NCBI GenBank assembly: GCA_965261595.1 | Contig: CBDHDG010000007.1 | Coordinates: 1,248,001-1,312,000 of the forward strand | Origin: a bacterium | GTDB taxonomy: Bacteria > UBA8248 > JACPRG01 > G963555815 | Reading direction: 5' to 3' | DNA length: 64,000 bases | Made by a program: the position numbers and the translations under genes | Notes under the pieces: model-generated | Databases searched by the model: none | Told to the model about the DNA's origin: nothing | Seen by the model: the letters and a program-made list of their open reading frames with translations, nothing else | In this document: one piece after another, positions 41,903 through 52,484 of the stretch | Layout of the letters: each line of letters opens with the position of its first letter | How positions within the stretch are numbered: the stretch's first letter is position 1

Positions 41903-42115
41903 CTAAGTTTTCTTCGGCTCCCCCGCCTTTTCGGGGGACGACTCTTCAAGCCGGTCGGTGTCCGGGGCATCTTCCTCTTTCCCCAGCATGCCCGACTTGA
42001 AGCTTTTGATTCCCTTTCCGAGTCCGGATCCAATCTCCGGCAGCTTTCGGGCGCCGAAGACCACGAGGATGATGATCAGAACGATCATCAACTCGGTCAT
42101 GCCGATGCCAAACAT
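41903..42115 (-). CDS. tatA: twin-arginine translocase TatA/E
   Basis: [37 protein letters not shown]. Confidence 0.95.
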   Translation of the reverse strand: MFGIGMTELMIVLIIILVVFGARKLPEIGSGLGKGIKSFKSGMLGKEEDAPDTDRLEESSPEKAGEPKKT

Positions 42116-42176
42116 GGTTTTTAACTCCCGGTCATGAATCGAATCACAGGCCGATTCAATTCTGGGCTTTGGCCGA

Positions 42177-43346
42177 TTACAAATATACTTCCTGTGCGGC
42201 CGCCATTCCCGCGCCCGGCTGTGTCGGACGAAGGCCCGCTTCCGTCAACAAGGTTTCCAGGACCGAAAGCAGGTACAAGACGTTGCTGCGATTCGAGGCG
42301 TAGCCCATCATGCCGATTCGCCACGTATCCCCCTTCAGGGGTCCGAGGCCCCCGCCGATCTCGATATTGAACTCATTCAACAGCCGGCCCCGGAACCCGG
42401 CGTCATCGACGCCCTCGGGAACCCGAACCGTGGTGAGGGATGGCAGGCGGCGACCCGCCTCGGCGTGCAGAACCAGACCCAGCGCCTCCAGGCCGGCGCA
42501 CAGCGCGGAGCCGTTCAACGCATGCCGCGCCCAGCGCGCCTCAAGCCCTTCCTCCTTGACGATTCGAAGGGCCTCTTGCATCGCGTACACCATGGACATC
42601 GGGCCGGTGTGGTGATAGACGTGCGCCTCCCCCCAGTATTCCTTGATGAGCGACAGGTCCAGGTAGTAGGAGGCGGGCGGCGTCTTCCGCTCGGCGACCA
42701 CGCCCAAGGCCCGGTCGCTGATGGTGACCGGCGCCAAGCCGGGAGGCACGCCGAGACACTTCTGGGATCCGCTGTAGCAGATATCGATTCCCCAATCGTC
42801 CACGGCCAGCTCCACCCCGCCGACCGAGGTCACTGCGTCCACCAGGAGCAGGATTCCGTGTTCCCGGCAGAGCGCGCCGATCTCCTGGAGGGGTTGGAGG
42901 GCGCCGGTGGAGGTTTCGGCGTGGACGATGGCCAGGAACTTTGCGTCCGGGTTGGCTTTGAGGGCCTCCCCGATGGTTTCTGGGTCGAACGCCTTGCCCC
43001 ATTCCTGGTCCAACCGGACAATCTCGGCCCCGTAGCGCTCGGCCATCTCGCACATCCGGGTCCCGAAGAAGCCGAGGACCGCGATGATGACCTTGTCGCC
43101 CGGTTCGATGAGCGTGCCGAAGCAGGCGTCCATGCCGGAGAACCCGGTTCCTTGAACGGGGAAGGTCGCTGTGTTCTTTGTCTGGAGCGTATCCCTCAAG
43201 TTCTGGGCCACCTCGTTCATGATGTTCAGGTAGGCCGGGTCCAGATATCCGATCATGGGCTGGTTCATCGCGCGGAGCACGCGCGGATCGGCCATGCTGG
43301 GACCGGGGCCCAGCAGGATTCTTTCGGGGATGGCTGCGGGCGTCAT
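42177..43346 (-). CDS. alanine-glyoxylate/serine-pyruvate aminotransferase (class V)
   Basis: [36 protein letters not shown]. Confidence 0.92.
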   Translation of the reverse strand: MTPAAIPERILLGPGPSMADPRVLRAMNQPMIGYLDPAYLNIMNEVAQNLRDTLQTKNTATFPVQGTGFSGMDACFGTLIEPGDKVIIAVLGFFGTRMCEMAERYGAEIVRLDQEWGKAFDPETIGEALKANPDAKFLAIVHAETSTGALQPLQEIGALCREHGILLLVDAVTSVGGVELAVDDWGIDICYSGSQKCLGVPPGLAPVTISDRALGVVAERKTPPASYYLDLSLIKEYWGEAHVYHHTGPMSMVYAMQEALRIVKEEGLEARWARHALNGSALCAGLEALGLVLHAEAGRRLPSLTTVRVPEGVDDAGFRGRLLNEFNIEIGGGLGPLKGDTWRIGMMGYASNRSNVLYLLSVLETLLTEAGLRPTQPGAGMAAAQEVYL

Positions 43347-43442
43347 CGAACCTCTCCTTGCGTCTATTCTTTCCGGTTGCATTTTTCCGTGGATGACTTT
43401 CCCTATTTATGATAGCTCAGCGGCGCGTCCGGGGCAAAGCGT

Positions 43443-44675
43443 TCACGGCGCTGGCCCAAGGAATTTTTTCGCCACGGCGTCGGCCAACAGCCTTCCGGAA
43501 TCGGACAGCCGAATGCGGCTCCCATCCTGAATGAGTCGGCCGTCGTCCACCATCTCCCTGAGGGGGCCGGCGAAATCCTCCAGGGGCCGCGACCCGGTTC
43601 GATCCCCCAGGGCGGCCAGGTCGATTCCCTCCCTGATCCGCAACCCGAGCATGACCGCTTCTCCGGCCGCCCGCCGGGGGGGCAAGCGCTCGGTTTCTTC
43701 CACAGCGTGTCCTTGTTTGAGGACCGAAGCCCGATAATCCTCCGGCAGCCGGACGTTTCGGGACCGCACCCCATTGAGGTAGGAATGGGCGCCCGCCCCG
43801 AGACCGAGGCATTCGCCGCCGGTCCAATCATGGATGTTGTGTCGGCACCGAATTCCCGGCCGGGCGTAGTTGGAGATTTCATAATGCTCATATCCCGCCG
43901 CTTCGAGCTTTTCTTCAGCCCGGAGATGCATTTCGTTCAGCCGGTCTTCGTCCAAGGTGAAGTCCAGGCGTCCGGCGAGGGGGGTTCCGGGCTCCAGGGT
44001 CAGCTCATACGCCGATACATGCGGGGAGGAAAATTCCAAAGCCCCTTCGAGGGATTCTTCCCAGTCCCGAAGGGCCTGGCCCGGCAGGCCGTAGATGAGG
44101 TCGATCGAATAATTTTCAAACCCGGCTTCGCGGACGCAATCGACCGCCCGCCGGGCCGTATGGGCATCGTGCAGCCGCCCGAGAAAGCGAAGCTCCGTGT
44201 TTCGCAGGGATTGAACCCCCAGGCTCAGACGGTTGATTCCCGCTTTCCGGAACGCGCGCAAGCCCTTGGTGGAAACCGTCCCGGGGTTTGCTTCCAGGGT
44301 GATTTCCGTGCTCTGGGACACCGGCAGAAGATTTCCGATCAGGGCGATCATCTCCTCGATCATCTCGGGCGGAGTCAGGGAAGGGGTCCCGCCGCCGAAG
44401 AAGATGGAACCCGCGCTCAAAGGCCGAGCGCCCATCCTTTCGTGGATTTGGCCGAGTCGTCCTTTGAGCTCGGTCTTGAGGGCTGTCTGGTAGTCATCGA
44501 AAAGGCCGGACGGATCTCGGCCGACGGCGTATGCGTTGAAGTCGCAATAGTGACAACGGCTTGGGCAATAGGGCCAATGGATGTAGAGAGATAAGCGGGT
44601 CAATGGCTGAGCTTCAAGGCGCGAGGGGATGTATGGATCGGGCTCATTCCGCGATCGGCGCATCGAATCCGGCAA
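43443..44675 (-). CDS. hemW: radical SAM heme chaperone HemW (HemN-like)
   Basis: LYIHWPYC..CHYCDF, GGGTPS, EANP, RLSLGVQS, YEISNY, RHN..W; start uncertain. Confidence 0.9.
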   Translation of the reverse strand: MPDSMRRSRNEPDPYIPSRLEAQPLTRLSLYIHWPYCPSRCHYCDFNAYAVGRDPSGLFDDYQTALKTELKGRLGQIHERMGARPLSAGSIFFGGGTPSLTPPEMIEEMIALIGNLLPVSQSTEITLEANPGTVSTKGLRAFRKAGINRLSLGVQSLRNTELRFLGRLHDAHTARRAVDCVREAGFENYSIDLIYGLPGQALRDWEESLEGALEFSSPHVSAYELTLEPGTPLAGRLDFTLDEDRLNEMHLRAEEKLEAAGYEHYEISNYARPGIRCRHNIHDWTGGECLGLGAGAHSYLNGVRSRNVRLPEDYRASVLKQGHAVEETERLPPRRAAGEAVMLGLRIREGIDLAALGDRTGSRPLEDFAGPLREMVDDGRLIQDGSRIRLSDSGRLLADAVAKKFLGPAP

Positions 44676-44917
44676 GAGGTCATTTTTCCGTGTAAGATAG
44701 GGGCCGGGTCAAGGGGTGTCAAACGGCCCGGAAAAGGTCCGGCGCATGGCCGAGATCCGGTGAGTCGATTGTTTGCGTCCGATTTTATTTTCTTTGCATT
44801 GCCTTTACGTGAATGATACATTGACTCTCGGGTGAGTTTCAGTAACCAATGAGCAGCGAATTTCTGCGGATTGGATGGTGGCTGGATATTTAAAATTCTG
44901 AGTGAGGAGACAGCCGC

Positions 44918-45454
44918 ATGTGGTCGAAATCTTCCAGCCGAGAGAAGGCGCCTGAGCAGTCCACGGAGCCGATTGTGACTGTCAGTGAAGCGACCCCTTC
45001 TCCCATTGAGCCTGTGTCCCGGCAGACCGACCTCCAGGTGAAGATTGGCAAAACCATCGTGGTTCGAGGAGAGTTGAGCGGCGGTGAAGACCTGACCATT
45101 GAAGGCCGGGTCGAGGGGAAAATCACCCTGGAAGGACATCATCTCACGGTTGGCGAGACCGGAAACATCGCGGCCGATGTCGTTGCCAACACGGTGACGA
45201 TTATCGGCCGGATGGAAGGGAATCTCTACGCGAAAGAAAGGGCCGAGCTTTCCGAATCGGGCACATTGACCGGCGATATCCGCTCACCTCGCGTGATCAT
45301 CGCCGATGGCGCAAAGTTCAAGGGCTCCGTGGACATGTCCAGCGGAGACGGTTCTTCTTCCGGACTCTCTCTATCGGCTTCCTCGAAGCGCAAGAACGGG
45401 GAGACTCCTCAGAATCGCGAGAGGGAAGATGTCACCGCGCAGAAAGGGTCTTGA
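44918..45454 (+). CDS. bactofilin (polymer-forming cytoskeletal protein)
   Basis: IGKTIVVRGEL..DLTIEGRVEGKI..GDIRSPRVIIADGAKFKGSVDM. Confidence 0.92.
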   Translation: MWSKSSSREKAPEQSTEPIVTVSEATPSPIEPVSRQTDLQVKIGKTIVVRGELSGGEDLTIEGRVEGKITLEGHHLTVGETGNIAADVVANTVTIIGRMEGNLYAKERAELSESGTLTGDIRSPRVIIADGAKFKGSVDMSSGDGSSSGLSLSASSKRKNGETPQNREREDVTAQKGS

Positions 45455-45564
45455 AGAGGCCGCGGCTGATTCCCCTCCCAATCGTAAAATTCACCTCTAC
45501 GGGAAGTCCTGCCTTGCACCGAATGGGGGATGTCTCCACCCAAAGGTCTGGAGGAGGTTGAGGG

Positions 45565-46329
45565 TTGTCTTTGGGACGCCGCAAGAACGCCCACGGCTGG
45601 AACGATAAGGTCACCAACGAACTCTTCCTCTGGAAAAAGTTGGTCGACGAGGAAGATCCGAAAAACGGTGACTTGTCCGGCTCGGAGGATGAAGAGACAG
45701 GATTCTGGACCTCCAAGGTGATCGGTCCCTTCCTGGAATCGCTCGACCGCCTGGACCGCCCCTCGATTCTCGATCTTGGGCCGGTCACGAACTGCAATGT
45801 CTCCTTCTATGGAGAAATGGGTTGGAAGCTGTACGCCTACGACCTTCTACAGGAATACCGGGAAGCGGTCGAAGAGATCATGGCCGAAGACTCCGAAGAT
45901 GGGCAGGCGGAGACCGACCGGCCGAATCCGATTGAAGATATCCTTCAGCAATTGAACTATGAGCCGGGTTCGTTAAGCGGGATCCTTTGTTGGGATGTCT
46001 TGGACAGGCTCCCCTTGATCTGGACCCGGGAGCTGGTTCGGCGGATCTCATTGGCCCTGGATGAGGGGGGGATGATCCTCTCCATGTTCGGGATGAAAGG
46101 CCTGACCGAGGTTGCCGAGAATCACCGCGGGTTCATGATTCGGGACCAGAACCACCTTGAGCCCATCCCGGACAAGGGAAGAAAACTGGAGCGGTACAAC
46201 TATGGAAATGGCGAGATCATGAGCCTGTTCTCGGGTTTCAAGGTCCTGAAATTCTATGTGATGAAAAACAACGTCCGTGAGATCCTCGTTCAGAAGCAGC
46301 CCCAAGCCAGCCTGAAAGTTTCCGTTTAG
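45565..46329 (+). CDS. class I SAM methyltransferase-like protein
   Basis: ILDLGP, GILCWDVLD, LDEGG; start uncertain. Confidence 0.6.
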   Translation: MSLGRRKNAHGWNDKVTNELFLWKKLVDEEDPKNGDLSGSEDEETGFWTSKVIGPFLESLDRLDRPSILDLGPVTNCNVSFYGEMGWKLYAYDLLQEYREAVEEIMAEDSEDGQAETDRPNPIEDILQQLNYEPGSLSGILCWDVLDRLPLIWTRELVRRISLALDEGGMILSMFGMKGLTEVAENHRGFMIRDQNHLEPIPDKGRKLERYNYGNGEIMSLFSGFKVLKFYVMKNNVREILVQKQPQASLKVSV

Positions 46330-46491
46330 CCCGTCTGTCTCGCCACCCATTGATTTTTTCGTCTTATGCATCACGGGGGGGGGCGTCCCGATGTGAGGGG
46401 GAGGGGTGATTTCGGCGGGCTCGCCGTTCCGGCGCACCCGTCGGGCCGGCCGGACCTCGCCTTCTCTGGGCCGAGCCCGAAGGCAGGGCCG

Positions 46492-47181
46492 CTACGAGAT
46501 CCCCGCGAACGCCCGGCAAGGCGCGCCCGTCCCGTGCTTGATCTTGATGGGAACCGCGAAGAACCAAAAATCCTTCCCGATCAGCTCCCCGACGTTTCTG
46601 AGCATCTCGACCATATACACCCGGTTGCTGCCGCAGATTTTCATATGGACGGGCCGGTCCTCGGGTGTGATCTCGGGGGCTTCGACACTGACCAGGTCCA
46701 CGCCGATCAGCCGCAAGCCCCGCTCCAGCACCCAGTCCGCCGCGCCGGCGTCCAGATAGGGCCGCGGGACGGCCTTCTCCGGGTCGTCGAACTTCTCTCC
46801 CCAACCCGTATAGACCAGAATCGCGTCCCCCGGTCTCACCCGGAAGCCCGCCTTCATGCAGCCGGCCTCCAGGTCCTCCCCTGTGATCGCTTCCCACTCC
46901 CCCTTGTGCGACATGTCCACCGCGTGTCCCGGCAGGATGAGCTCCTCGATGGGGATTTCCGCGATCTTCTTCCCCTTGGGGTTGAAGTGGTAGGGTGCGT
47001 CCAGGTGGGTGCCCAGGTGTTCTGTGGCGAAGAAGCAATGACCCTCCAGCGAGACCCGGCCGCCGAACTTTTTCGCCGTCTCCTCGTGGGAGTACCACTT
47101 CCAGAACGTTGTCTTGGGACTGCCGTAGCACGTCATGCCGTCGAAGATCTCGTTGGACAGGTCGACAATTTCCTTGAACAT
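46492..47181 (-). CDS. cyclase family metal-dependent hydrolase (kynurenine formamidase-like)
   Basis: IVDLS, EHLGTHLDAPYH, LVYTGW, IGVD, GTGAPCRAFA. Confidence 0.92.
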   Translation of the reverse strand: MFKEIVDLSNEIFDGMTCYGSPKTTFWKWYSHEETAKKFGGRVSLEGHCFFATEHLGTHLDAPYHFNPKGKKIAEIPIEELILPGHAVDMSHKGEWEAITGEDLEAGCMKAGFRVRPGDAILVYTGWGEKFDDPEKAVPRPYLDAGAADWVLERGLRLIGVDLVSVEAPEITPEDRPVHMKICGSNRVYMVEMLRNVGELIGKDFWFFAVPIKIKHGTGAPCRAFAGIS

Positions 47182-47439
47182 CGGAACCCTCCGGTTGGGT
47201 TGGAAAACGGGGGCGGACACAGGGCGTCCGGTTTTCTCGCAAGAGCGCCAAGCCGATCGACTCATACTTGGCGCGCGCCAATGACGTTTTTATCAGCACG
47301 GGCGCCTTCATCCGCAACCTGGCCGGCGCGCAAGCGCCCCCCCCGGCAATTCGTTGCGAACTTTGGTAAGATTTCCCGGCGGTCTGAGCCGCGCGGCTCC
47401 AAGCATAGATCAACCCGCATCTTCGAGGGAACTTGACCC

Positions 47440-48483
47440 ATGAGAGCGATGGTGCTTCACGAACTTGGCGGGCCGGTTATCCTGGAGGAGCGCGAGCCGC
47501 GTCCGCCGGGACTTGGCGAAGTGTTGGTCAAGATGAAGGCGACGGGCGTGGGCCTCACCGTGGCCATCATGAAGGCCACGGCGGAGCTCGTCACCGAGCT
47601 TCCCCGCATCCCCGGCCACGAGATTGCCGGCGACGTCGTCGAAGTCGGCGAGGGCGTCACGAATGTTCAGCCCGGTGACCGGGTGACGTGTCATTTCTAC
47701 CTGACGTGCGGAAACTGCAAATTTTGCCGGAGAGGGAAAGAGACCCTTTGCGAGAACTGGGAGGGGTACGTCGGCATGGCGTGCGACGGGGGCTACGCGG
47801 AGTACGCGACCCTGCGGGCCCGCAATCTCATCAAGATCCCCGAAGGCGTGTCTTATCGGGACGGCTGCCTCGCCGCGGACGCCATTTGCACGCCGTATCA
47901 CAACTGCCGGGAAGAGGCGCAAATCGGCCCGGGGGACAACGTCCTCATCATCGGCGCGGCCGGGGGCGTGGGCGTTCACGCCGTCCAGATGGCCAAGCTC
48001 ATGGGCGGGCGCGTCATCGCGGCCGACATCAACGAAGAGAAGCTTGAATTCGCCAAGCGACACGGGGCCGACGAAATCATTCTCTCCGGGCGGCAGTCCA
48101 TCCCGGAGGAGGTTCTCCGGCTCACGGACGGACAGGGGGCCGATTCCGCCATCGACTATGTCTCCAACCGGGTCACGTTGGAGGCCTGCATGGCGAGCCT
48201 CGGCAAAATGGGCCGCCTCGTCATCGTCGGCGCCAACCCGAAGCACGTCTTCGGCAAATCCCCCGACTTCACCGTAAACCCGGGGGCCGTCCTGGAGAAG
48301 ATGCTGGAGATCCATGGCTCCCGCTATGCCAACCTGTCGGAGATCGAAGCCACCCTGGAGATCGTCCGGCGGGGCGGGATCCAACCCGTCATCACGGACG
48401 TCGTCGCCCTGGAAGAGATCGAGGCCATCCACGAGAAACTTCTCAACCGGGAGATCTCCGGCCGGGTGGTGGCGGAGTTTTGA
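47440..48483 (+). CDS. zinc-dependent alcohol dehydrogenase (MDR family)
   Basis: GHE, CGNCKFC..C, GAAGGVG; the usual GxCxxD catalytic Cys appears replaced (GVGLTV). Confidence 0.88.
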   Translation: MRAMVLHELGGPVILEEREPRPPGLGEVLVKMKATGVGLTVAIMKATAELVTELPRIPGHEIAGDVVEVGEGVTNVQPGDRVTCHFYLTCGNCKFCRRGKETLCENWEGYVGMACDGGYAEYATLRARNLIKIPEGVSYRDGCLAADAICTPYHNCREEAQIGPGDNVLIIGAAGGVGVHAVQMAKLMGGRVIAADINEEKLEFAKRHGADEIILSGRQSIPEEVLRLTDGQGADSAIDYVSNRVTLEACMASLGKMGRLVIVGANPKHVFGKSPDFTVNPGAVLEKMLEIHGSRYANLSEIEATLEIVRRGGIQPVITDVVALEEIEAIHEKLLNREISGRVVAEF

Positions 48484-48534
48484 CAGGCCGCCGGGCGGCG
48501 TCTCCCGGGGGAATACCCAAGGAAGGAAATCAAC

Positions 48535-50094
48535 GTGGCCGTAGCCTTCCGCGTCCAAGCGGGCGCGTATCAGGATTCCGTCAAGCTCATGCGGATCTCC
48601 GCCGCCGGAAGCGAGCGCTTCGGCGTGGAGGTCGCCGTCGCCGTCATGGCGACCGAGACCAACCTGGAGAATCTCGCGGGCGCCGGGTTTGACCCGGCCG
48701 TTGCAGCGGACGCCTCTCCCACCGACCTGATCCTGGCCGCGCGCGCGGACGCCGCCGAGGCCGCCGAGGCGGCCCTCGACGCGATGGAGGCGATGCTTTT
48801 ATCGGCGATCGCCTCGGCCGGGGAGGACGACGCGCGCCCCCGGACGCTGCGCTCGGCCCTCGACCGGCGGCCCGACGCCAATCTCGTCCTGATTTCCGTT
48901 CCCGGACCTTACGTGCGTCGGGAGGCCGAGGCGGCGTTGACCGCCGGCCTCCATTGCATGGTTTTCAGCGATAACGTATCCGTCGAGGACGAAGTCCGCC
49001 TGAAGCGCCTCGCGGAGGAGAAAGGCCTTCTCCTCATGGGGCCCGACTGCGGAACGGCCATCATCGGCGGCAAGGCCCTTGCGTTCGCCAACGTCGTCTC
49101 GGCCGGTCCGGTGGGGATTGTCGGCGCCTCGGGGACGGGGATTCAGGCCGTATCGGTCCTCATCGACCGGCTCGGCTCCGGCGTCAGCCACGCCATCGGG
49201 ACCGGGGGCCGCGACCTCTCCCGGTCCGTCGGCGGCCGGACGATGCTGAGGGGGATCCGGATGCTCGCGGAAGATGAGGCGACGAAGGTCCTGCTCCTGG
49301 TCTCCAAGCCTCCGGACCCCGAGGTCATGAAGCGGGTTCTCCAGGCGGCGTCGGAAACCGGAAAACCGGCTGTGGGGATCTTTCTGGGGGGGGACGCGGC
49401 CGCGGACGCGGCCGCCGGGACCGGGGTTCATGTGGCGGGGGACCTTGAAGAAGCGGCCCGGGCGGCCGTCGCCCTCGCTAGCGGAGAGCGCCCTCCATCG
49501 GCCGGGGCGGAAGCGGCCGCGGAGTGGACGCCCTGGATCGAAGAGGAGCGCCGTCGGCTCGCCCCCGGTCAACGGTTCATCCGCGGACTTTTTTCCGGAG
49601 GGACCCTCTGCGACGAAGCGATGCTCATTCTCGGGGAGCGCCTGGAGCGAATCCACTCCAACATCGCCCTGGAAGAATCCCTTCGATTGGCCAACCCGAA
49701 CCGAAGCGTCGGACACACGGTGGTTGACCTCGGGGAGGATTTTTTTACGCGGGGGCGCCCGCATCCGATGATTGACCCGGGGATGCGGAACGAGCGGATC
49801 CTCCGCGAGGCCGAGGATCCGGAAACGGCTGTTCTGCTGTTGGACGTTGTGCTCGGCCACGGGGCGCATGACGACTCGGGAGGCTCCGCGGCGGCCGCCG
49901 TCCGGGAGGCCGTGAAAGTCGCGGCGAAGGCGGGGCGGGCGCTTGCGGTGGCGGCGTTCGTGTGCGGAACGGAAGGCGACCCTCAGACCCTCTCCGTTCA
50001 GGAGGCCGCGCTGCGGGATGCGGGTGTCAGGGTGTTCCCGACCAATGCCCAGGCAGCCCGATTTTCCGCCGCCCTGGCGGGGATGATCGCGTAA
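48535..50094 (+). CDS. fdrA: acyl-CoA synthetase FdrA-like
   Basis: YQDSVKLM, ISVPG, FSDNV, MGPDCGT, GTGGRDL, GLFSGGTL, DLGEDFFTRGRPHPMID. Confidence 0.92.
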   Translation: MAVAFRVQAGAYQDSVKLMRISAAGSERFGVEVAVAVMATETNLENLAGAGFDPAVAADASPTDLILAARADAAEAAEAALDAMEAMLLSAIASAGEDDARPRTLRSALDRRPDANLVLISVPGPYVRREAEAALTAGLHCMVFSDNVSVEDEVRLKRLAEEKGLLLMGPDCGTAIIGGKALAFANVVSAGPVGIVGASGTGIQAVSVLIDRLGSGVSHAIGTGGRDLSRSVGGRTMLRGIRMLAEDEATKVLLLVSKPPDPEVMKRVLQAASETGKPAVGIFLGGDAAADAAAGTGVHVAGDLEEAARAAVALASGERPPSAGAEAAAEWTPWIEEERRRLAPGQRFIRGLFSGGTLCDEAMLILGERLERIHSNIALEESLRLANPNRSVGHTVVDLGEDFFTRGRPHPMIDPGMRNERILREAEDPETAVLLLDVVLGHGAHDDSGGSAAAAVREAVKVAAKAGRALAVAAFVCGTEGDPQTLSVQEAALRDAGVRVFPTNAQAARFSAALAGMIA

Positions 50095-50347
50095 CCCGAA
50101 TTCCCTTCAAACATTCCAAGCGCCGGTTTGGCAGGGGGCGCGTCCTTCGTGCTTCGCTCACGGCGCGCTTTGAAATCTCTCTCCCCCCCCTCCTCCCCCC
50201 CCACCCCCCCGCCCGCGGGAGTGGGTCTCAGCGGCCCTTCCCGCGGAGGGCGCGGGTTGGGGACCTCATTGAAATCTTTTGTCGGGCGAAAGACGCGCTG
50301 CCGTTTTGTCGAGAGCCGTTTGCGCGCCGGCCGGAAATCCGTGCGCT

Positions 50348-51277
50348 CTACTTGGCCTCCCGCTTCCGCAACGCGGCGATTTGTTTTCGCAACGCGGCGA
50401 TCTCCGCGCTCATCGTGTCGTTGCGATTTTCCAGCTTTCCGATTTCTCGCTTGGCGTCGTCCAGGGCGGCGGCGGCCTTCGTGGCGGCAGCGGCGCGTGC
50501 GCCGAGCTCGGCGGTTTTCGCGCTCAACGCCTCTCCGACGGCCGCGTTGTTTTTGCGCAGCCCGGCGATCGTTTCATTCAGCCCCGCGATGGTTGAACCG
50601 AGCGCGGTCTTTTCCGACCGCAGCTCGGCGGCTTCCCGGTTGACCTTGGCCAGTCCCGTTCGGGACATCGCCAGGGAGTTGTCGGAGCTCCGCAAGAAGG
50701 TCTGAAGCAACTCCACGATTGATTTCTGTGCGGACTCGCGTTCGGCGGCATGACGGTTCGCTTTCGCCAGCTCCGACTCGCGGATTTTCAGCCAGGAGGA
50801 TGTTTTCTTCATCTCGGCGCCGGACTCGGAGAGCTTGGCTCCGGCCTCGGAGAGCTCTTTCCGGCTGGCTTCCAGGGCTCCGGCCAGGCTGCGGTTCTCG
50901 GTCTCACGCGAGTCCAGACGCTCCCGGAGGGTTTTCAGCTGATCTCCGCCGGTTTTCAGTTCATCGCCCCGCGTTTTCAGCAGGGCCTCCCGCGTTTCGA
51001 GCTGTCCCTTCCATTGCGAAAGCTGAGTCGTTTGCTCCTTGATTCGGCTCGCCTGTTTGAGGAGCCGATCCGCCTGGGCCTTCAGTTTTCCTCTCAGGGT
51101 TATCAGCGCGTCCGCCTGCCCTTTTGATTTGGCGGCCTCCGTATTCAGCTTCGCCTCCAAACCCGACACCTGCTTCTCGTAATCGCCCGAGCGTGACGCG
51201 GACCGGGATCCGACAACCGCCAAGGAAATCGCCAGGACTCCGGCCACCGCCCAAGCGACTTTGACGTGTGCACTCAC
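50348..51277 (-). CDS. membrane-anchored coiled-coil protein
   Basis: N-terminal hydrophobic segment then long heptad-rich helix; AGGAGG upstream of GTG. Confidence 0.65.
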   Translation of the reverse strand: MSAHVKVAWAVAGVLAISLAVVGSRSASRSGDYEKQVSGLEAKLNTEAAKSKGQADALITLRGKLKAQADRLLKQASRIKEQTTQLSQWKGQLETREALLKTRGDELKTGGDQLKTLRERLDSRETENRSLAGALEASRKELSEAGAKLSESGAEMKKTSSWLKIRESELAKANRHAAERESAQKSIVELLQTFLRSSDNSLAMSRTGLAKVNREAAELRSEKTALGSTIAGLNETIAGLRKNNAAVGEALSAKTAELGARAAAATKAAAALDDAKREIGKLENRNDTMSAEIAALRKQIAALRKREAK

Positions 51278-51339
51278 CGCATGCCCTCCTATCTGCAGTT
51301 TTTTTTCCAGAAGATTCGTCGTCCCCTATTCTCCGGCAG

Positions 51340-52290
51340 AGGGAACAGTCACGTCAAGAAGCTTCTGGGTGAGGTGATGTACCGTTTTGTGTGTAGAAAG
51401 TGTTTTCGGGCAAAAAGAGAGGGTGTACTCTTCCTGGGAGCAAGAAACCCATTTTGGAGGAGCACACCCAATGCAACCGAAGTTGCTTTTTGGGGATAAG
51501 GATTTGGGCCGGGCATTTCAAGAGCTGAATGAGACGTGGGAGGTGGAGTTGCCCATCGAGGCGAGCCTGAAAGGGTTTTTGGAGGGCCTGATGGCCGAGG
51601 AGCGGGCCGTCTACCTGGCGGCCGGGTTCCGGGAGCGCACGCCCAAGCGGCGCGACTGGGCCAACGGCCACTACGTCCGGGACCTGGGGACCGAGGGGGG
51701 GCTGATCCGCGCCCTGCGTGTGCCCCGGGTTCGCGGCGGCGGCTTTCAGAGCCGGGCGTTCGCGCTACCGGCGCCGCCGGGCGGTGGTGGACCGCACGCT
51801 TCGCGATTGCTTCCTGGCCGGGGTGTCCACCCGCCGGGTGGGGGCGTGCGTGAAGGGGTTGTTGGGTGAAGCGGTGAGCGCCTCCACCGTCTCGCGGGTG
51901 TGCACGGCGCTCAGCCGAGACGTTGCGGCGTTCCACGACCGCCCTTTGAGCGACCACTACCGTTGTGTGTTCCTGGATGGCCTGGCTTTCAAGGTGCGCG
52001 GGGCGTCGAGAAGCCGGCGCAAGGTCCTTTTGTGCGCGATGGGCGTCACACTCGCGGGCCGGCGGGAGATCATCGACTTCCGTCTGGCCGACTCGGAGAG
52101 CGAGGCCACGTGGACGAAGTTCCTCGACGACCTCTACCACCGGGGGCTTTTGGGTCACTCCCTTCGCCTCATCATCACCGACGGCAACCCGGGGCTGTTG
52201 GCGGCGCTGGAGGTGGTCTACCCCTTCACGCCCCATCAGCGGTGCTGGTTTCACAAGATGTAAAACGTGGTTAAAATATCTCACCTCGCC
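51340..52290 (+). mobile_element. IS256-family transposase pseudogene (frameshift, stop, truncated)
   Basis: NGHYVRDL..LRVPR, GVSTRR, VFLDG, ESEATW, ITDGNPGL, QRCWFHK. Confidence 0.85.
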
Positions 52291-52484
52291 AATGGTGCGA
52301 CCGAGAACGCTGTGCTGAGATAAAGTGCTGTAAACATTGAATTTATTTTTCATTATCCCGTCTCTTGCTCCTTGCATTCCCGCCACGCTTGTGCTCAAAT
52401 ACGCACCGATTTGATGCAGCGTGTGTTCTATTTGATTACGGAATTGCATACCGAATCACCATAGAACAAAGGCAAGGAGCGACC

